The notes beneath the pieces are model-generated. The model did not search any database, was not told the origin of the DNA, and saw only the letters and a program-made list of their open reading frames with translations. From the human T2T-CHM13v2.0 reference genome, Homo sapiens, in assembly GCF_009914755.1 (NCBI RefSeq), contig NC_060932.1: a DNA stretch of 64,000 bases; one strand, written 5' to 3'. Position 1 is the stretch's first letter. Each line of letters starts with the position of its first letter. Both the position numbers and the translations under genes were made by a program. Positions 56,286 through 64,000 of this stretch are shown piece by piece.

Positions 56286-56889
56286 GAGAAAATACTTGGA
56301 CCATAGTAGAAAATGTCAGCATAAGTTCTAGAATATTCCTTGGGTGCCTGTCATGTGCTAGGCACTTACTGAACACTTTCACATACATTGACTTCATGTT
56401 TAACCTCTCACAAACCTTGGTAGGAAGGGGCCCTTGTTTCTCTTCTGTCCTTTCCATTAAAAAAAAAAAAAAAAAGATATCCCTGAAACAATGGGCTGTG
56501 AAAGCTGTTGTGTACTGAGGGGCAGGAAGAGGCCATGTCTCCGGAATACTCACAAGTGACAATTTCTGAGGTCTGAGCCACTTCTTCCCTCCAGGTGGCT
56601 GCTGAGAAAAGCACTATCTCTTTAAAATAGCTCACATCATTAAGATGCTAATAATAAATCATAGTTATGTGATTTTTCCTAAAAAGATTAAATCCAGGAT
56701 CCTTCCCCAGAAATCCAGTTCCCGCCACAATGGGCATCCTGTTTACTATGCTCTCAATAATAGAGTCCTAACTGGAAGATGTCAGAGTGAAATTAAAGGT
56801 CAAAGCACATATGGGTGTAGCACTTTTGAATTTTTCTTCTTTGTTGAATACCAAATACAGATATGCATCTCAAAACACTGCCTAGAGCC

Positions 56890-57510
56890 AACCTTCTTTT
56901 TTTATTGTGGCAAAATATACCTAACATAGCATTTAACATTTTAACTATTTTGAAGTGTATAGTTCAGTGGTATTATGTACATTCACATTGTTCTGAAACT
57001 GCCACTACTGTCCACTTCCAGAAATTCTTCATCTTGCAAAACCTTAACTCTGTACCTGTTAAACCATAACTCACCATCCCTCCTTTCCCCAGTCTCTAGA
57101 AACAACCATTTTACGTTCTGTCTCCATGAATTTGATTACTCTAGGTACTTCATATAAGTGGAAACATATAGCATTTAACCTCTTGTGACAGGCTTATTTC
57201 ACTTAGCAGTATGAATTCAAGGTTTATCCATGTTGTAGCATGTGTCAGAATTTCCTTCCTTTTTAAGGCTGTATAATATTCTATTGTACACATATACCAC
57301 ATTTTGTTTATCCATTCATCTATTGATAAACACTTGCATTGCTTCCACCTTTGGACATATTGTGAATAATGCTGCAATTAACATGGTTGTGTATATATCT
57401 CTTTAAGACCCTGTCTTTAATTCCTTTGGGTATATAACCCAGAAGTGGAATTGCTGGGACATATGGTAATTCAGTGTTTAATTTTTTGAGGAACTGCTAT
57501 ATTGTTTTCT
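56890..57510 (-). mobile_element. L1MB-class 3' fragment
   Basis: 'gaatttgattactctaggtacttcatataagtggaa...agaagtggaattgctgggacatatgg'. Confidence 0.85.
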
Positions 57511-58169
57511 AATCAATCTTTTATTAAATTTGCCATAGGTAAAATTTTAAAATCTAGATTAAAAGACTGGCTTTGAGAAATGTTACAAAAATAACAAAAG
57601 TGCTAGTCTTTCACCCAGTTTCATGTCTCATGACTTAGTCACTGACTTCCCAGGTTGCCCTAAGGACCACTTTATTGTTACACTAGGGTGCAAGCATTCT
57701 GTCTTTTTTTCTTGTGTTTTGTTCCCCAAGTGAGTCAACTGAGGAAGCCAAGAAGGCTGAGGGAACAACGCCAAGCTTTTTGTAATTCTTCCTTCCCTTT
57801 TCTCCTAAAATCACCAGCTCAATATTATCTGACCCAAGCCCGAGAGCTATGTATCAAGGCTATTTACTTGTAACCCATCTGTGACCCTGTAAACCTCTGA
57901 AGGGGCATTAACAGACCCTGACAGACCAAGGCTAAAGGGCTGGAATCATACAATGTTAAATTATGACCTGGATTGGAGTATTGCGCCATGTGAATGTCTG
58001 CACTTTTTGGAGTCATGAGGAGAGCCCTGGAAATGGGGATTAGGCCCAGCATCAGGCTCTATTATATGTTCTACTCCTAGTTTATTTAATACGATCTTGG
58101 CCAAGATATTTAACCTTCTCTAAGAGTGGATAAATTCTTCTCTTAATGCTACGTTTAAATAAATAGTAG

Positions 58170-60522
58170 TGATATGGTTTGTCTCTGTATCCCCACTGAA
58201 ATCTCATCTCAAATTATAATTCCCATGTGTCAAGGGAGGGACCTGGTGGGAGGTACTTGGATCACGGGGCAGTTTCCCCCATGCTGTTCTCATGATAGTG
58301 AGTGAGTTCTCACAAGAGCTGATGATTTTAAAGTGTGGCACTCCCCCCCTTGATCTCTCTCTCTCTCTCCTGCCACCATGTGAAGCAGGTCTTTGCTTCC
58401 CTTTCACATTCTGCCATGATTGTTAAGTTTTCTGAGGCTTCCCCAGTCATGCAGAACTGTGAGTCAATTAAACATTTTTTCTGTATAAATTATCTAGTCT
58501 CAGGTAGTATCTTTATAGCACTGTGAAAACAGACTAATACAGAAAATTGGTACCAGCAGAGCAGGGCACTTTTATAAAAATACATAAAAATGTGGAAGCA
58601 ACTTTGGAATTGGGTAATGGGCAGAGATTGGAGCAGTTTGGAGGGCTCAGAAGAAGAAAGGAAAATGTGGGAAAATTTGGAACTTCCTAGAGACTGGTTG
58701 AATGGTTTTGATCAAAATGCTGATAGTGATATGGACAATGAAGTACAGGCTGATGTGGTCTCAGATGGAGATAAGGTACTTATCGGGAACTAAAGGAAAG
58801 GTCACTCTTGCTATGCCTTAGCAGATAGACTGGCAGCATTTTCCCTTTGCCTTAGAGACCTGTGGAACTTTAAACTTGAGAGAGATGATTTAGGATATCT
58901 GGCAGAAGAAATTTCTAAGCAGCAAAACATTCAAAACGTGACCTGGCTTTTTCTGAAGCATATAGTTATGAGTTCACAAACAGATTATCTGAAATTGGAA
59001 CTTATGTTTAAAAGGGAAGCAGAACATAAAAAGTTTGGAAAATTTGCAGCATTACTATGCAGTAGAAGAGAAAAACCCATTTTCTGGGGAGAAATTCAAG
59101 CCTGCTGCAGAAATTTGCATAAGTAATGAGAAGCTGAATGTTAACAGTCAAGACAATAGGGAAAATATCTCCTGGGCATTTCAGAGATCTTCAAAGAAGC
59201 TCCTCCCGTCACAAGCCTGAAGGCCTAAGAGGGAAAAATGGTTTTGTGGGCTGGGCCCAGGGCCCTTTGCTTGATGCAGCCTTGGGACATGGCACACTGA
59301 GTCCCAACAGCTTCAGATCCAGCCATAGCTAAAAGGGGCCAAAGTACAGCTCAGACCATGGCTTCAGAGGGTACAAGCCCCAAACCTTGGTGGCTTTCAT
59401 GTGGTATGGGCCTGTCGGTTTGCAGAACACAAAAGTTGAACTTTGGGAGCCTCCACCTAGATTTCAGAGGATACATGGAAACACCTGGATCTCTAGGCAG
59501 AAGTTTGTTGCAGGGGTGGAGCCCTCATGGAGGACCTCTACTAGGGCAATGCAGAGGGGAAATGTAGGATTTAAGCCCTCACACAAAGTCCCCACTGGGG
59601 CACTGCCTAGTGGAGCTATAAGAAGAGGGTCACCATCCTTCTGACCCCAGCATGGTAGAACCACAGACAGCCTGTGCTGTGTACTTGGAAAACCCACAAG
59701 CACTCAATGCCAGCTGACAAAAGCAGCTGTAGGTGCTGTATGCTGCAGAGCCATAGAGGCAGATCTGCCCAAGGCCTTGGGAGCCCACCCCTTGCATCAG
59801 CATACCATGGAAGTGGAACATGAAGTCAAAGGAGATTATATTGGAGCTTTAAAATTTAATGAGGTCCCTGCCAAGTTTTGGACTTGCATGGGACCTTGGT
59901 CCCTTTGTATGTCCAATTTCTCCCATTTGGAACAGGAACATTTACCCAGTGCCTGTACCCCCATTGTATCTTGGCAGTAACAAACCTGTTTTTGATTTTA
60001 TAGGCTCATAGGTGGAAGGGACATGCCTTGTCTCAGATAAGACTTAGGACTTGAGCTTTTGAATTAATGCTGGAATCAGTTAAGATGTTGGTAAGGCATG
60101 ATTGGCTTTTAAATGAAAAGGGACAACAGATTTGGGAGGGGCTAGGGGCAGAATGATATGATTAGGCTTTGTGTCCCTGCACAAATCTCATCTTAAATTG
60201 TAATCCCTACGTGTCAAGGGAGGGTCCTGGTGGGAGGTGATTCGATCATGGGATGGTTTCCCCCATGCTGTTCTCATGATAGTGAGTAAGTTCTCATGAG
60301 TGCTGATGATTTTAAAGTGTGGCACTCCTTCCTTTGATCTCTCTCTTTCTCCTGCCACCACGTGAAGAAGGTCCTTGCTTCACCTTTACTTTCCACTGTA
60401 ACTGTAAGTTTCCTGAGGCCTTCCCAGCCATACAGAACTGTGAGTCAATTAAACATTTTATTTTTATAAATTACCCAGTCTCAGGTAGTATCTTTATAGC
60501 AGTGTGAAAACAAACTAATACA
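58170..60522 (+). mobile_element. Full-length MaLR provirus (MSTA/THE1D-like): LTR-internal-LTR
   Basis: LTRs at 58170-58541 and 60154-60522 (TGATATG...TAATACA). Internal region starts gaaaattggtacc. Polypurine tract before the 3' LTR. TSD core gtag. Confidence 0.93.
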
Positions 60523-60613
60523 GTAGTTTCCTAGAAGAAAATAAAATATTACTCAGAATTGCAAAATATGTTATATACAATAGTAAAAATTATTTCCTTT
60601 AAAAAAAGATGGA

Positions 60614-61446
60614 GGCTGGGTGCAGTGGCTTATGCCTCTGATCCCAGCACTTTGGGAGGCTGAAGCAGGTGGATTACTTCAGCCCAGTAGTTTGAGACTA
60701 GCCTGGGCCACATGGTGAGACCCTATCTCTACTAAAAATTTAAAAAAATAGCTGAGTGTAATCCCATTACTGGGAATGTACTCAAAGGGTTATAAAGACT
60801 ATTCTACTGTAAAGACACAGGCACATGTATGTTTATTACAGCACTGTTCACAATAGCAATGACTTGCAACCAACCCAAATGCCCATCAATGATAGACTGG
60901 ATAAAGAAAATGTGGCACATATACACCATGGAATACTACGCAGCCATAAAAAAGGATGAGTTCATGTCCTTTGCAGGGACATGGATGAAGCTGGAAACAA
61001 TCATTCTTAGCAAACTAACACAAGAACAGGAAACCAAACACTGCATGCCCTCAGTCATAAGTGGGAGGTGAACAATGAGAACACATGGACATGGGTAGGG
61101 GAACATCACACGCCAGGGCCTGTGGGGGGTTGGGGGGCTAGGGGAGGGATAACATTAGGAGAAATACCTAATGTAGGTGACGGGTTGATGGGCGCAGCAA
61201 ACGACCATGGCATGTGTATACCTATGTAGCAAGCCTGCATGTTCTGCACATGTATCCCAGAACTTAAAGTACACATAAAAAAACAAAAACAATAGCTGGG
61301 CATGATGGTGCATGCCTGTAGTCCCAGCCACTTGGAGGCTGAGATGGGAGGATCACTTAAGCCTGGGAGGTCGAGGCTGCAATGAGCCATGATTGTGCCA
61401 CTGAATTACAACCTGTGTGAAAGAGAGAGACTCTGTCTCAATTTAA
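60614..61446 (+). mobile_element. AluJ split at its central A-rich linker by an L1
   Basis: Left arm 60614-60759, right arm from 61291. Outer TSD aaaaaaaga(t/g)gga. Confidence 0.9.
60760..61290 (+). mobile_element. L1PA7/8-class 3' fragment inside the AluJ
   Basis: ORF2 C-terminal remnant 'WIKKMWHIYTMEYYAAIKK' plus 3'UTR and A-tail. Confidence 0.92.
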
Positions 61447-62639
61447 AAAAAAAGAGGGGAAGAGATTGAGGGTCAGAACCTCATGGACTCATTGTCACTC
61501 ATTTCTTCTCTTCTTGGCCCAACTTTTAAAGACTTCTGTAGCTCCTTTTGGTACTCTAGTGCTTAGTAGAACTTAGTTAGGAAGCCAGTAAGATAGATAT
61601 CTAGCTATTGATATCCAGCTGTAACATGCATTTCTTGAAGTTCTTAGAGACCCCAATATGGAAGTTTCTTTATGAACTGGCTTTCTAAATTCAGTTTATA
61701 AAACAGTTGTTCATCAAAAGTCTAAAGATGCAATAATACATCAATGATGATTCCTGCCATCTGTTGGTTGTGGTCAAAGCTGATGGGGTTTTACTCTGAT
61801 TCACTGCTTTGTTTACAACTATTTAAGTTTGTCAATGTTTTAGAGATGAGAAAACTGAGGCTTAGAGAAGCTGTGTGATTTGGCCAACGCCAGCCTGTAT
61901 GTGGAGAAGCCAGCATTTGATTCTAGGAAAATTTGTCCTTGCAGCCTATATTTTTAAAAATTCCACATGATAGTCACCTTTTAGAAGCCAGAAGTTGATA
62001 AGTAGAGAAGCTTTTGTATACAGCAGATATGAGAGGCAGGAGGTACATCCACTGGACTGTCCACCACCGTTGTCCCAATACCACCGTGAGAGGTGCCCAT
62101 CCCTGGCCAAAATCACCAAACTTGTTCCCTGCAAAGAACCAAGTCTCCTGGGCCAGCCCTGTGCAGAGCTCTTCAGCAAGTTTCAGAGATTAAAGTGATT
62201 CAGTTAAAGGTTCAGAGCTACAAAACAATTTATTTGGTCTAAGATTGGATCTTTGGGATTGAATTCTCCATCAATTTCCACATCTCTTTTATTCCTTCTT
62301 TTTGCCTCATAAGGGGCTTGTCCTTTTTAATTACACAGGTGCTTCTTCTTCTTTCTTATTTCCTTCCTCAGAGCTCCCTGCAGAGATTTTGCCACAGTTG
62401 ATTGATAAGAAGATATTGATTCCAAGGTCAGAGTTCAGAAATATTCTTATAAATGAATCATCTTGTTAATAAAGGGTCACCCAAAAAGTTCGAGGATACA
62501 GATGTTGCTGAAATCAGAGCTCTCAGCAATTGTAGCAAGAGAGATAAAATGGCCCAATGTCCCCTGCTCAAGAAAGTAAATTAAAGGAAAGGAGAGATAG
62601 AATCAAAATTACCATTTATCAAGCGTCTATAATATGGAT

Positions 62640-62835
62640 GCAAGAGTCCTGTTTCTACAATACAAACCTTATGACCTTGGGCGAGCTTCTTACCATCCCC
62701 AAATCTTAGCTTCTTCAACTGTAAAGTGGTATCATTAACATCTTCAAAGGCTGTTGTCAGGATTAAATGATGTATGTAAAGTGCTTTGCACAGCTGCTGT
62801 CACATAATAAACAATATAGAAATGGTCGTTGTTAA
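62640..62835 (+). mobile_element. MIR
   Basis: 'tgaccttgggc...ctgtaaagtgg...ggattaaatga...tgtaaagtgctt'. Confidence 0.65.
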
Positions 62836-64000
62836 CTAGCATTATTGGAATTATTTGTGCTTTTGTTTAACCATCACCAGTATCCTAAGTGATAGGCATC
62901 AACTAGAATTCTAGGTTGGAAAATCATAAAGCAAAGATATTACACAACTCTTGCTTGTTGCTAGTGCAACAGTGTTTCTCTTTATGATTTACATATGAAA
63001 AACAGACCAAGTGATGGCTATTAGAAAAGGGAGGGATGTAGAAAAATAAAGCCAGCTGAGGGGCAGAACTTGTGCATTTTGCAACCATCCTCAGTTTAAT
63101 GTTTGGCATTCAATCCTCATTACTGACTATGTATGGCTTCACAATAAATCAAGAGTGTGCTATATGAGAAAATGAAGATTTATACAAAGCGAAATTGAAC
63201 AAATGGTGAATAATTGATTTAGCTGACCTGACAACACCCACTTATAAATAACACAGAATGTTTTACTTTGGCAGTAATTTAGTTTTCTGGGCATCCTGGC
63301 TTCTAGCAATTCTCTATAGCGGCCCAGTGCTTTCTGACTTTCCCATACAGAAGAAAAAAAAACTTAGATCATGAGCTCTGTCCTCCCAGTATCACCCTGG
63401 CATGATCTATAGCAAGTATGGTTCACATTAGACATTCCCTGAAGAATGTACCGATCCTTTATTTAGTCCTCTGATTTAAGAATATAGTTTGGCCTCTACA
63501 TAGCAAAACTTGAGACATATTTAGTTAGCTTTAAGAATTACAGTGTTTACCAGTCTTATAATACAGTCTTAAGAAAAAAGTAAAATAAACAACATAACTA
63601 TAAAATAAACCATATTGTGTCATTGTTTAAAATGCCTTTGCTGGCCTCTGGATATAATACATTTCATCTTAGAGCACATTAGTGTAGGAAGCATTTATTT
63701 CCAAGTTTATTATCCCAAAGAATGGTATAGATGAATATACAAATCCTTGGGCATATCCACACCAAAGGCTATATGAATTCAGAGATGGCTTACTAAACAA
63801 GATACAGAAGCAAATGAGGACATTTTGGCAGACATCTTTGTAGCATTCCAGAATCATAGAATATTAGGATTGAAAGTGTCCTGAAGAGATTATTCTGTTT
63901 AACCTCTTGATTATAGGCTCAGTTTCATTCAATAAACATACAGCGAACTTCTGGAATGTGACAGGGATTAGGCTGGGATTAGGTGATGGGTATGTTTAGG

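Noticed and set aside
58590-59980. Cluster of ORFs in the MaLR internal region
   Set aside because: Fragments of one degenerate MaLR ORF broken by stops and frameshifts.

Overview
Repeat-rich, apparently non-coding primate genomic DNA. It is most likely human, because it carries an Alu with all five AluYa5 diagnostic changes. I can support no protein-coding gene, tRNA/rRNA or CRISPR array. The supplied ORFs come from Alu, L1, MaLR and microsatellite sequence or are short chance ORFs. Much of the window is recognisable transposon sequence: about 14 Alus, several L1 fragments, many MIR/L2/L3 relics, hAT and Tigger MITEs, solo LTRs (LTR10, MLT1, LTR16, LTR33, MST/THE1) and one full-length MST/THE1 MaLR provirus. 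Repeat names come from remembered consensus sequences, not a RepeatMasker run, so subfamily calls and old-repeat boundaries are approximate. Five signals are not explained by simple repeat annotation. (1) A perfect 55-bp inverted repeat inside an ancient MIR (23859-23982). (2) A ~600-bp local direct duplication (10816-11430 / 13641-14238) in which both copies keep a 97-nt minus-strand AG...GT exon-like cassette. (3) Further minus-strand splice signals and a CpG-enriched unique segment near 36 kb, hinting at a spliced minus-strand non-coding transcript. (4) An LTR10 solo LTR with strand-biased C>T changes suggestive of APOBEC3 editing. (5) A 5'-truncated AluYa5 that may be polymorphic. I cannot name the locus and see no convincing new multi-gene system.
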